A stretch of 64,000 bases of DNA from Gammaproteobacteria bacterium (GCA_029243585.1 JAQWRR010000041.1:3477-67476); one strand, 5' to 3'. Positions 38,871-47,130 are shown, counted from the first letter of the stretch. A program made the numbers and translations. The notes: a model not told the origin generated them from the letters alone.

Positions 38871-39260
38871 TTAGTCTGGAGCGCTCCGCACATCCACTTC
38901 TGACCCATCAGCAAAGATCACTATTCGGGTGCTAATAGTTGGACCGCCGGTTCTGGCAGGATGGCCAATAAGAGTAATTGAATCACCTGGTTTAAATGTG
39001 TCCTTGTTAAATTTGAAGTGTCGATAAAGGTCAAGTGTTCCTTGAAATTCTGCTGACCATTCTTGTTTCTCTCCATTTTCGCCCATTATGTCTAGCCATA
39101 GGCCTGCATGAGGGTTGATGAATTGCCATTTAGAGACAGTTCCAGAGATAGTAATGTCTGTTGATCTGTCATAAAGAGAGTTTGCATGATGCGCCTCAAT
39201 TGAGACGCCAGTTATAGCTGTAAGCAGACTTACGACTATAAAAACATTTCTTTTTTTCAC
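38871..39260 (-). CDS. Small exported His-His protein, copy S2
   Basis: The signal peptide ends in SIEA, then HHANSLYD...GTVSKWQFINPH...NKDTFKPGD. First gene of the minus-strand operon. Confidence 0.7.
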   Translation of the reverse strand: MKKRNVFIVVSLLTAITGVSIEAHHANSLYDRSTDITISGTVSKWQFINPHAGLWLDIMGENGEKQEWSAEFQGTLDLYRHFKFNKDTFKPGDSITLIGHPARTGGPTISTRIVIFADGSEVDVRSAPD

Positions 39261-39464
39261 TTAAGATTATCCCCTAATAAACCTTTAGCTCATCAATCGT
39301 AGGTTTTTTCTTTGTTGATTTTGAACGGCAATTTTAATTATTTCCACTAAATTTTGTTAATTATTGCTGATAAATTTATCCTTCTACTTGACCCAAAGGT
39401 CTAGCCAAGAGAAGCTTTATCTAAATAACGCATAGAATTATAAAATTTATAGGGAGGATGCATC

Positions 39465-39923
39465 GTGGGAATTAAGCAAATATTGGTTGAAGCGTCCCGT
39501 TTTCAAATGGCATACGCACTGCTTAGAATTACCATGGGCGTCAATATGTTTTTTCATGGATTTATGAGAATTATCAGTGATACTGGTGCGTGGGTAGATG
39601 GCCAAGTAGCGTTATTTACAGATATTGCAAACCCGTCTTTTCTTCCTACATTGTGGGTTACTATATTTTTATGGATTTTGCCCTTTTTTGAGCTCGTGTT
39701 TGGGGCTTTGCTAGCCTTAGGTTTGTATACTTACTGGCTGTCTGTTACTGGAGCATTAATGATGTTTGTTCTGATATTTGGTAACACAACTAGACAGGCG
39801 TGGGGGACAGTTGGTAATAACATGCACTATACACTCTACTTCTGCATTCTAGTTGCCGCACAGTCTTATGACTGGCTATCGATAGACTCACGACGTTCCG
39901 CAAAGGTTAGTGCTGATAGCTAA
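39465..39923 (+). CDS. DoxX-like small integral membrane protein
   Basis: 152 aa with four hydrophobic segments. LLRITMGVNMFFHGF...ELVFGALLALGL resembles the DoxX family. GTG start with a GGGAGG RBS. It is divergent from the S/L operon. Confidence 0.55.
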   Translation: MGIKQILVEASRFQMAYALLRITMGVNMFFHGFMRIISDTGAWVDGQVALFTDIANPSFLPTLWVTIFLWILPFFELVFGALLALGLYTYWLSVTGALMMFVLIFGNTTRQAWGTVGNNMHYTLYFCILVAAQSYDWLSIDSRRSAKVSADS

Positions 39924-40057
39924 GCAATAAGACGCACTTTATTCGAAGCCCCATTTTCTTATGTTTAGCTAAGTCAGGGCATAACGGTTTGGGGTTCTTG
40001 CTATTAAGTTGTTAAATATCCAACTATTTATTTTAAATAAGGTCAACAGGTTTTTAA

Positions 40058-41524
40058 GTGTCTGAATCTTTTTCGACGTTACAGTCTAAGCCGATCCTTA
40101 GCCCGGATAGACGAAGAATGCTACATATCATTGCAGGACCTTCTGTTTTTCTTGTTCTTGCACTAGCGCCAATTTTAGAGCTGCCCTATGAGATAAGGTG
40201 TAGCATCGGACTACTTATTTGGATGGCGTTGTGGTGGATAACACGCCCTGTCCACCTTGCAGTTACCGGTTTTCTTCCACTAGCTACTGTTGCTCTTTTT
40301 AATTTTGCGTCTATAGATAGAATTTTACCGGCCTATGCAGCAGAGCTTGTAATTCTTCTTTTGTCTGCAAATGTTTTAACTACGTGTTGGACGCGATGGG
40401 GGTTAGATAGGCGTATTGCCCTTGTCTCATTGATTGGGGTTGGCACGAATACAACACGACAAATTATGTCCTGGTTTGCTATTGGAATGATCCTTAGCGC
40501 GTTTCTGCCTAACACTATTGTTGCTGCAACCATGATTCCTATTGTCGTTGCCATGTTGAAATTTATTGGTATCGAAGATTTGTGGGAGAGCAATCTTGGT
40601 ACTGCATTAGTGATAGCAGTGGCATGGGGAACTAGTGCGGGTGGCGCGACAAGTCCACTTGGAGGAGCGCCTAATCTACTTACCGTTGAATATATTCAGG
40701 AGATGGTTACTGGCGAAGAGTTTCTTTTTGCAACCTGGGTGACACGTTTTTTACCCTTAAGTCTTGCCGTTATGATCGTGACATTTATTTATGTCCGGTT
40801 CGCATTCAAACCAGAGATTAAAGAAATAGAAGGTACTCGCGATTTCTTTTTATCTGAGCTTAAATCTCTCGGTGCAATGAGTAGTCAGGAAAAATGGGGT
40901 TTCTTTTTGTTTGCGGGAGCAGCAATCCTTGCGTTCAGTCGACCTTTGTACTATGAGTTGGTGCCTTCGTTAACGCCAGCCTACGCCTTTTTATGTTGTG
41001 CCATCATCTGTTTTCTTGTTCGTTCGCAAGGAGAAAACCTCATGACCTGGGAGTATGCCCAGGGGAAGATGATGTGGGGACTATTCTACCTTTTTGCCGG
41101 TGGAACAGCTTTGGGGCGTGTGCTCACTGAGACTGGAACAGCAGGTTACATTGCTGAGGCGTTGCTTCCTTATGCTAGTGGAGGCGGGATTTTCGCTGTC
41201 TTCGTTTTTGCTGCGCTAACTTTACTGATGACCCAAATCACCAACAATACAGCCGCTATTGCTATTACCGTTCCGATCACGATTAGTACTTTCCAAAGCT
41301 TGGATTTGAATCCCTTGCCATTCGTCTACATCGTGACGACGGTAGGCAATTGTGGTTTTATGTTGCCAACCTCAGCTGGAGGTCCAGCGGTTGCCGCTGG
41401 TTATGGGATTAATCTTAAAACAATGGCAGTGAAGGGTTTTTGGGCCTGTCTGCTTGCACTGATCGCGGTAGTAATAGTGGGCTATTTGTTATCTATTTAT
41501 TGGCCTACTTTTAGTTCAGTGTAA
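40058..41524 (+). CDS. SLC13/DASS-type (ArsB/NhaD superfamily) anion permease
   Basis: 488 aa and polytopic. It shows the inverted-repeat hairpin-type motifs GTSAGGATSPLGGAPN and MLPTSAGGPAVAAGYG typical of DASS transporters. GTG start. Confidence 0.7.
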   Translation: MSESFSTLQSKPILSPDRRRMLHIIAGPSVFLVLALAPILELPYEIRCSIGLLIWMALWWITRPVHLAVTGFLPLATVALFNFASIDRILPAYAAELVILLLSANVLTTCWTRWGLDRRIALVSLIGVGTNTTRQIMSWFAIGMILSAFLPNTIVAATMIPIVVAMLKFIGIEDLWESNLGTALVIAVAWGTSAGGATSPLGGAPNLLTVEYIQEMVTGEEFLFATWVTRFLPLSLAVMIVTFIYVRFAFKPEIKEIEGTRDFFLSELKSLGAMSSQEKWGFFLFAGAAILAFSRPLYYELVPSLTPAYAFLCCAIICFLVRSQGENLMTWEYAQGKMMWGLFYLFAGGTALGRVLTETGTAGYIAEALLPYASGGGIFAVFVFAALTLLMTQITNNTAAIAITVPITISTFQSLDLNPLPFVYIVTTVGNCGFMLPTSAGGPAVAAGYGINLKTMAVKGFWACLLALIAVVIVGYLLSIYWPTFSSV

Positions 41525-41606
41525 GGTGGTGAGTTTAGCGTCAGGCTATACTTACTTTTATATTTAATATTTAGGGTCTCGTTCCCAAGCCTTTAGGTGA
41601 AAAATC

Positions 41607-42617
41607 ATGAAAGACATTCATAAGCTAATTTTGTCCGTCTCACTACTATTTGCATTGATCGTATCCTCAGGGGCAGGCGCCCAAGATGGTCTTATCTATC
41701 ATACTGAGGGTATAGCTGGATCAGACATCCCTGTGACTTACCATCTGATTTCAACTGACGATGGATTGCTCACACCTATTGGACTTCGAAAGCCAGAAGG
41801 TGATGGGCCTTTCCCAATTGTATTATTTTCTTCTGGTAATGGAGGTGAGGGGTATCAGTACGTAAAGGATTATAGCCATAACCGTGGCTGGACACTTGAG
41901 CAGTTTCTCGCAGCTGGTTATGCGGTTGCTTGGTTACGTTACCGTTCTGAGGTAGAGAATCCTGTATATGGTGGAGAATCCTTGCTAGCCCAACCTTGGT
42001 CGGGTCGACCTGTATTTAATAGAGCCCCCTTAGAATACGAAGATGCCATTAGGATAATCGATTATGTAGGATCTTTGCCTTACATTGATCCCAATAGGGT
42101 TGGATGGATGGGCGTTAGCCATGCTGGTGAGATGCTCATGAAAATAACGAGCATTTATGATGGGTTGGCTGCTGGAATAGCCTCTGAACCTGCTTCTGCT
42201 GGTTTTATGGCACGAGGGCAGGTTTCATCACTCTCTGAGATTAGTTCAGAAGAGTATGGTGAAGATGGCATGTCATCGCTTGAAACATCAGATAGTTATA
42301 ATGATGAAAGTCTCCAGTTAGCAGTGCAAGCAACGCATGAAGCGATAGATAGAGAAGTTGCTATGGCTCGGATTGGTTACATCGACACTCCAATATTTGT
42401 TCAAGGTCGAAGCCGAGACCATAATCAGCCAGTTTTCCGAGTCAACTATGAACTTCTTTCAGAAGCAGGTAAAAATGTGGAATGGAAGAGTTATGATCAT
42501 GACGTACACGGTTTTGTCTATGTGTGGCGAGATAGCGATGGTGATTATGCGCCAGATGAAGTCCAGCGTGAGGCTATTTCTGATTCCATAGAATTTTTTG
42601 ATCGTTATATGAAATAA
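41607..42617 (+). CDS. Exported alpha/beta hydrolase (S9/dienelactone-hydrolase-like)
   Basis: Signal peptide, nucleophile elbow GVSHAG and a late Asp/His region (RDHNQP...HDVHGF). Confidence 0.65.
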   Translation: MKDIHKLILSVSLLFALIVSSGAGAQDGLIYHTEGIAGSDIPVTYHLISTDDGLLTPIGLRKPEGDGPFPIVLFSSGNGGEGYQYVKDYSHNRGWTLEQFLAAGYAVAWLRYRSEVENPVYGGESLLAQPWSGRPVFNRAPLEYEDAIRIIDYVGSLPYIDPNRVGWMGVSHAGEMLMKITSIYDGLAAGIASEPASAGFMARGQVSSLSEISSEEYGEDGMSSLETSDSYNDESLQLAVQATHEAIDREVAMARIGYIDTPIFVQGRSRDHNQPVFRVNYELLSEAGKNVEWKSYDHDVHGFVYVWRDSDGDYAPDEVQREAISDSIEFFDRYMK

Positions 42618-42639
42618 AAATGACTGTTAGGTTATTGGA

Positions 42640-43584
42640 GTGAGTGCGATGATAAAAAAAGTAACTGAAAAATTTGCGCCTACACGAAGAGAATTTATCG
42701 CTACGATGTCTGCTCTTGGTGTTTCTGGGCTAGGATCCAATACATTGTTGGCACAAACTCAGATGCCACAGAGACCGATACCTGGAAAAGGAGAATCTCT
42801 TCCTGTCATTGGACTTGGATCGAGCAAGGTGGTTTCTCAGATATCCTCTAATGGCATGGATCCGCTTGCTTCGGTATTGCGGACACTTCGTGATAGCGGC
42901 GGTAGTGTAGTTGATACATGGCCAAGAAACCCTGAGAACGATGCCGGACTTGGTCAGGTTTTGAGTGCACCAGATCTTCGTGATTCTCTTTTCGTTACAA
43001 CTAAGATTGATCAAGTTGGAAAGGAAGCTGGGATTCAGCAATTTCGTGAAACTCAGAGGCTATATCGCAGAGATACTATTGACCTTGTTCAGATTTTTAG
43101 CTTGATTGATTTAGATACACAGTGGGAAAACTTAAAGCAATGGAAGGCAGAAGGACATGCCAGATATATTGGCGTTACCGTTTCTGAATATCGACTTTAT
43201 GAGCAACTTGAAGAGTTTTTAGGTCGCGAGACGCCCGACTTTGTTCAGATGAACTACTCAGTCACAGAAAGGCGTGCAGAAGAACGTTTGTTGCCCCTTG
43301 CAGAGGATATGGGGCTAGCAGTTCTTCTTAACCGTCCCTTTATGAACGGAGCATATTTTCAACGTTTACAAGGACAGCCACTCCCAGATTGGACAGAGGA
43401 GTTTGACTGCGAAAGCTGGGCCCAGTTTTCTTTGAAGTACATACTTTCTCATCCAACTATTACATGTGTGCTTACGGAAACTAGTAGCCCTGATCATATG
43501 GCAGAGAATGCTAGAGCCCCGCTTGGTCGTATGCCTAATGCTGAAGCTAGGGAACGCATGAAAATTTTTATTGATCAAATCTAA
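42640..43584 (+). CDS. Aldo/keto reductase with a twin-arginine (Tat) signal peptide
   Basis: The N-terminal TRREFIATMSALGVSGLG is followed by an AKR core (VVDTWP, YIGVTV, LNRPF). It is a paralogue of 50463-51395. Confidence 0.8.
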   Translation: MSAMIKKVTEKFAPTRREFIATMSALGVSGLGSNTLLAQTQMPQRPIPGKGESLPVIGLGSSKVVSQISSNGMDPLASVLRTLRDSGGSVVDTWPRNPENDAGLGQVLSAPDLRDSLFVTTKIDQVGKEAGIQQFRETQRLYRRDTIDLVQIFSLIDLDTQWENLKQWKAEGHARYIGVTVSEYRLYEQLEEFLGRETPDFVQMNYSVTERRAEERLLPLAEDMGLAVLLNRPFMNGAYFQRLQGQPLPDWTEEFDCESWAQFSLKYILSHPTITCVLTETSSPDHMAENARAPLGRMPNAEARERMKIFIDQI

Positions 43585-43758
43585 AAAGATTCTGCAATAT
43601 ATAAATAAAATTTTTGCATGCTAAGTGAATTTTTTCCTGGTGAATATAAATAAAAATATGCGCTAATTTTTTTATTTATCTGACTCAATGCCACCTACTA
43701 TAAAAAAATAGCTGATAACTTGTTAATGAGTTGAATTTAAAGTGTTTGGAAACTAAAA

Positions 43759-44541
43759 ATGCCAAATTTTCTGGTTGCCGAAAATCAGGTTGAATATGAG
43801 CAGACAGGAGCAGGGCAGGATTTGATCTTGTTACCAACACTTCTGGCAGAGATGACGGTTTATGATGAGGTGATTGACTATTTAAGTAGGCAGTTTCGTG
43901 TTACTCGTATAAATTTCCCTGGTTTTGGTACATCACTCGGCCCAATTGGTCAAACAATAGAATCATATGCAGATCTAACTGCGGCAACAATGAAGGCTTT
44001 ATCGTTGCCGACTAATGCTCATTTGGTAGGCAATGGCTTTGGGGGCTTTGTTGCTAGCACTCTCGCGATTCGTCATGGGGCTAGCTTTAATAAATTAGTA
44101 TTGGTTGACACGGGTGCTGGTTTTCCTGAGCCAGCAAAAGAAGCGTTAAGAGTTTTAGCGAATAAGGCCATAAATGAAGGAATGAATTCGGTTCTGGATG
44201 CCGCTATTAAAAGAATGTTCCCTGAGGATTTTATTATCGAGAATCCATCTATTATGGAGCGACGACGACATTATCTTGCACAGGCCGATCCAAGTCTTTT
44301 TGCGAACGCTGCGCGTGCACTTACGTTTTTAGATAATAGACCAAGATTAAGTGAAATTAATAATCCCACATTAGTTGTTGTTGGCCTTGCTGATGCAACA
44401 ACACCACCTGCTCTTTCATATGAGCTTAAGACGGGAATTTCAGGTTCTATTCTCCAGGAACTGCCACAAATTGGGCATTGCCCGCAACTTCAAGATCCAA
44501 CAGCATTTTTGAATGCTGTGGTTCCTTTTTTAAATTCTTGA
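43759..44541 (+). CDS. Alpha/beta-hydrolase-fold protein (enol-lactonase-like) with Gly at the nucleophile position
   Basis: HLVGNGFGGFVAS occupies the place of the canonical G-x-S-x-G elbow. The Asp region VVVGLADATTPP and His region IGHCPQLQDP are retained. Confidence 0.7.
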   Translation: MPNFLVAENQVEYEQTGAGQDLILLPTLLAEMTVYDEVIDYLSRQFRVTRINFPGFGTSLGPIGQTIESYADLTAATMKALSLPTNAHLVGNGFGGFVASTLAIRHGASFNKLVLVDTGAGFPEPAKEALRVLANKAINEGMNSVLDAAIKRMFPEDFIIENPSIMERRRHYLAQADPSLFANAARALTFLDNRPRLSEINNPTLVVVGLADATTPPALSYELKTGISGSILQELPQIGHCPQLQDPTAFLNAVVPFLNS

Positions 44542-44611
44542 AGCTAAATTGAAGTTTGCTTATTAAAGCAACTGTATAATGATGTTCTAACTAAAGCGCA
44601 GGACTTTGCGA

Positions 44612-45235
44612 ATGAAATTATCCAATTTTTTTGCTGTATTGTTTTTTATGATAGGACTTGGAGTGTCAATCCAGCCGTTGCAGGCTCAACCAAATCTAGA
44701 TGATATGTTTCTTGATGAAGACTCTGATTCTTTCGACCCAGGTTTGCCTATAGGCTCTGACTTTCCGTCTATACGAGCAATATATAGGGGCCAGGAGATT
44801 AATGATGTTCAATCATTTTATGAGGAAAGAGGGCTAGTTGTTTTTGCAATTCGTTCCGTTGATTGGTGACCCTTTTGTAGAGCGCAACTCGTGCAGTTGC
44901 AAAACTATGCAGAAGACTACGAAGAGGCTGGTATTGGTATGGTTGTCATAACTTATGATTCACCTGATCTCCAGGAAGAGTTTGTTAATGCAGGTAATTT
45001 AACTTATCAGTTTATTTCTGATATTGACGCTACGACTATGAATGCTTTAGGCATACTAAATGAACAATATTCACCAGGAGATCCTGCCTATGGAATTCCT
45101 CATCCTGGAGTTTTTGTTATTGACTTGAATAATGAAATAGTTGGTAAGATATTTATTGAAAGTTTCAGAGAACGCGTGGATGGCGAAGGTACTTTGAATT
45201 ATGCATTAGAGATGCTAGAGACAGAAAGCGAATAA
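44612..45235 (+). CDS. Exported peroxiredoxin-like/redoxin protein with an in-frame TGA at the first redox Cys position (candidate selenoprotein, U-P-F-C)
   Basis: The two track ORFs (44606-44869 and 44891-45235) share one frame and are separated only by TGA 44867-44869. The read-through sequence is RGLVVFAIRSVDW-U-PFCRAQLVQLQNYAEDYEEAGIGMVVITYD...IPHPGVFVID, a canonical AhpC/TSA-redoxin layout. Signal peptide present. Confidence 0.6.
44884..44900 (+). promoter_or_regulatory. Hairpin downstream of the in-frame TGA (candidate bacterial SECIS apical stem-loop)
   Basis: GCAACT-CGTGC-AGTTGC has a 6-bp perfect stem and a 5-nt loop containing G/U. The loop lies 21-25 nt after the TGA. Confidence 0.4.
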
Positions 45236-45298
45236 TGCTAATAGTAACAAGACCGATTTGTTACGCGATAAACTATTGAAATAATTAATTTTATATAT

Positions 45299-45375
45299 GG
45301 TGATGTAGCTCAGCCGGTTAGAGCGGCGGATTCATAACCCGCAGGTCGGTAGTTCAAGTCTACCCATCACCACCA
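45299..45375 (+). tRNA. tRNA with a CAU anticodon (elongator Met, or Ile2 if lysidine-modified), CCA encoded
   Basis: Manual cloverleaf: acceptor GGTGATG/CATCACC, D arm GCTC-AGCCGGTTA-GAGC, anticodon arm GCGGA-TTCATAA-CCCGC (A31-C39 mismatch), T arm GGTAG-TTCAAGT-CTACC, discriminator A and CCA. The G1-C72 pair argues against an initiator. Confidence 0.9.
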
Positions 45376-45390
45376 TCTTTATCTTTCGCA

Positions 45391-45422
45391 GATCGACAGT
45401 TTAAGTCTACTCATCACTACGA
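45391..45422 (+). repeat. Degenerate direct copy of the tRNA 3' half (possible att-site remnant)
   Basis: GATCGACAGTTTAAGTCTACTCATCACTACGA versus the tRNA 3' end GGTCGGTAGTTCAAGTCTACCCATCACCACCA (45344-45375). By manual alignment 25 of 32 positions are identical. It starts 15 nt after the tRNA. Confidence 0.55.
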
Positions 45423-45527
45423 TTTGTAAGTAAAGCTAGTAAGTTATTTTTCTAGTTATATCTTATGGAGATTGTAATTATTGTTCGCTAATGGATAAAC
45501 TGAAGAGGCTATTAAAGGAGAAAACAG

Positions 45528-45890
45528 ATGAGGATTATTTCAATACTCTTAGCATTACTGTTGTCTAGTCCTTCAGCGTTTGCAGAGACTTGGATTTGTT
45601 CTTGGTCAGATGATGACGAAACTTTTAATGATACATACGTAAGAACTGTTAATGGTTTTAATGAATCAAGGGATGGAGATGCTTTGGACTTTACTTGGGA
45701 GGTTGTTCATGAAGATGAAAGTGTATTGGTTCTTCACTCCACAATTACAGGAAATTCTATTGGATCATATTTTTATACATCTATAACTCAGATCGAAAAG
45801 CATGGTGAGAATCGTTTCGTTCAAAGTATTATCAGCCCCATGAATTCGGGTCAAATAATAACCGAAGGTGAATGTATAGTTGTTCAATAA
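45528..45890 (+). CDS. Small exported hypothetical protein
   Basis: Signal peptide ending in SAFA, GGAG RBS, 120 aa, no recognisable motif. Confidence 0.4.
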   Translation: MRIISILLALLLSSPSAFAETWICSWSDDDETFNDTYVRTVNGFNESRDGDALDFTWEVVHEDESVLVLHSTITGNSIGSYFYTSITQIEKHGENRFVQSIISPMNSGQIITEGECIVVQ

Positions 45891-45896
45891 GCAGGA

Positions 45897-46937
45897 ATGA
45901 TAGCAATGAGAATCATTACAATGCTTCTCTTCAGCCTTGGCTTGATTGGGCAGGCCTATGCTCATCATGGTTCTGCCCCACATTTTGATTCCAACGATAT
46001 AGTTAGCTTTGAGGGTGTTGTGACCCAAGTATATTTTGTGAATCCCCACGCGATTGTACATTTCGAGGTTAGTGATTCTAATGGGTCAATAGCCGAATGG
46101 CGTTGTGAGTTATCAGGGGCTTCGCAACTCCAGAGGTTTGGTTGGTCACAGGAAACACTTAGTGTTGGAGATGAAATTCGAATTGTAGGTTCGAGAGCAC
46201 GGCGTGAAGCTAATCATTGCGATACCCGATCAATACATCTTGCCGATGGCACTAATCTTAGTCGTGATATTTATATTCAAGGAAATATCAGGCAGTCGCG
46301 TATTGCAAAGGCAGCTGACGTCGCATCTAGGCCGCAATATCTTGAAAATAGCCAGCCAAACATTAGCGGTAGATGGATTGTTCGTGAAGGTGGCGAGCAT
46401 ACTTTGCCCATACCGACAGATGCGGGGCGGCTAGCCTCAGAACGTTATGATGTTCGTTTTGATAATCCCTCTATTCGCTGTGAAAGCGGTAACATTGTTT
46501 GGGACTGGGCACGCCAAGCCCATATTAACGATATACATCAGGAGGAAGGTCAGATTCTGATTCGATACGGCTATCTTGATCTTATTCGAACAGTTCATCT
46601 GGATACTACAAAGCATCCAGAAAATATCGTTCCAAGTCTTGAGGGACATTCAATCGGTCTTTGGGATGGAGATACGCTGGTCATCGATACAATCGGTTTT
46701 TTGCCACGAGCTTTTATTCCCCGGGAATCAGTCATGACCAGTGAAGAGATGCATGTTGTTGAACGGATTAGATTTGATAATGAGTTGAGTGTGCTTGTTC
46801 GCGACTATGTAGTTATTGATCCACTGTACTTAGCTGAGCCCTACCATGGCCAGGATATTTCAGACCTAGCGATGACAGCATATCAACCATACAACTGTGT
46901 GGATTTAAGTGGTGAGAATAACCGTAGGCCTGATTAA
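45897..46937 (+). CDS. Natural fusion of the small His-His domain (S5) with the ~250-aa partner domain (L4)
   Basis: The signal peptide ends in QAYA. The sequence HHGSAPHFD...GVVTQVYFVNPH...W..E...VGDEIRIVG is followed in the same ORF by ISGRW...VHLDTTKHPENIVPSLEGHSIGLWDGDTLVIDT...VVIDPLYLAEP. Confidence 0.7.
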   Translation: MIAMRIITMLLFSLGLIGQAYAHHGSAPHFDSNDIVSFEGVVTQVYFVNPHAIVHFEVSDSNGSIAEWRCELSGASQLQRFGWSQETLSVGDEIRIVGSRARREANHCDTRSIHLADGTNLSRDIYIQGNIRQSRIAKAADVASRPQYLENSQPNISGRWIVREGGEHTLPIPTDAGRLASERYDVRFDNPSIRCESGNIVWDWARQAHINDIHQEEGQILIRYGYLDLIRTVHLDTTKHPENIVPSLEGHSIGLWDGDTLVIDTIGFLPRAFIPRESVMTSEEMHVVERIRFDNELSVLVRDYVVIDPLYLAEPYHGQDISDLAMTAYQPYNCVDLSGENNRRPD

Positions 46938-46945
46938 ACCGAAAA

Positions 46946-46983
46946 GGTTGTTTTTGAGTATTATAGAACAACCGTGCTTTTTT
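46946..46983 (+). terminator. Candidate rho-independent terminator after the fusion gene
   Basis: The stem GGTTGTT/AACAACC (7 bp) has a 14-nt loop, followed by GTGC and then TTTTTT. Confidence 0.4.
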
Positions 46984-47130
46984 ATCTTATAGAGAAAATA
47001 ACGTATAAAGTTATGACTTATATAGCTTTTAAGTTTTAATTATTAATTTTTATAGGCTATATAAGAACGTTCATTCTTTTTAATGAGTATTGCAAAAAGT
47101 GGTGTTAGCTATACTGAAATTTGCCAAAGA

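Noticed and set aside
43585-43758. AT-rich spacer with a repeated ATATAAATAAAA motif, considered as a regulatory repeat or small RNA
   Set aside because: It is low-complexity AT-rich sequence with no stable structure or conserved box that I can verify by eye.
45236-45527. Search for an integrase, excisionase or phage genes flanking the tRNA
   Set aside because: No ORF with recombinase motifs lies within the window on either side of the tRNA. An active integrative element therefore cannot be claimed, only a possible att scar.
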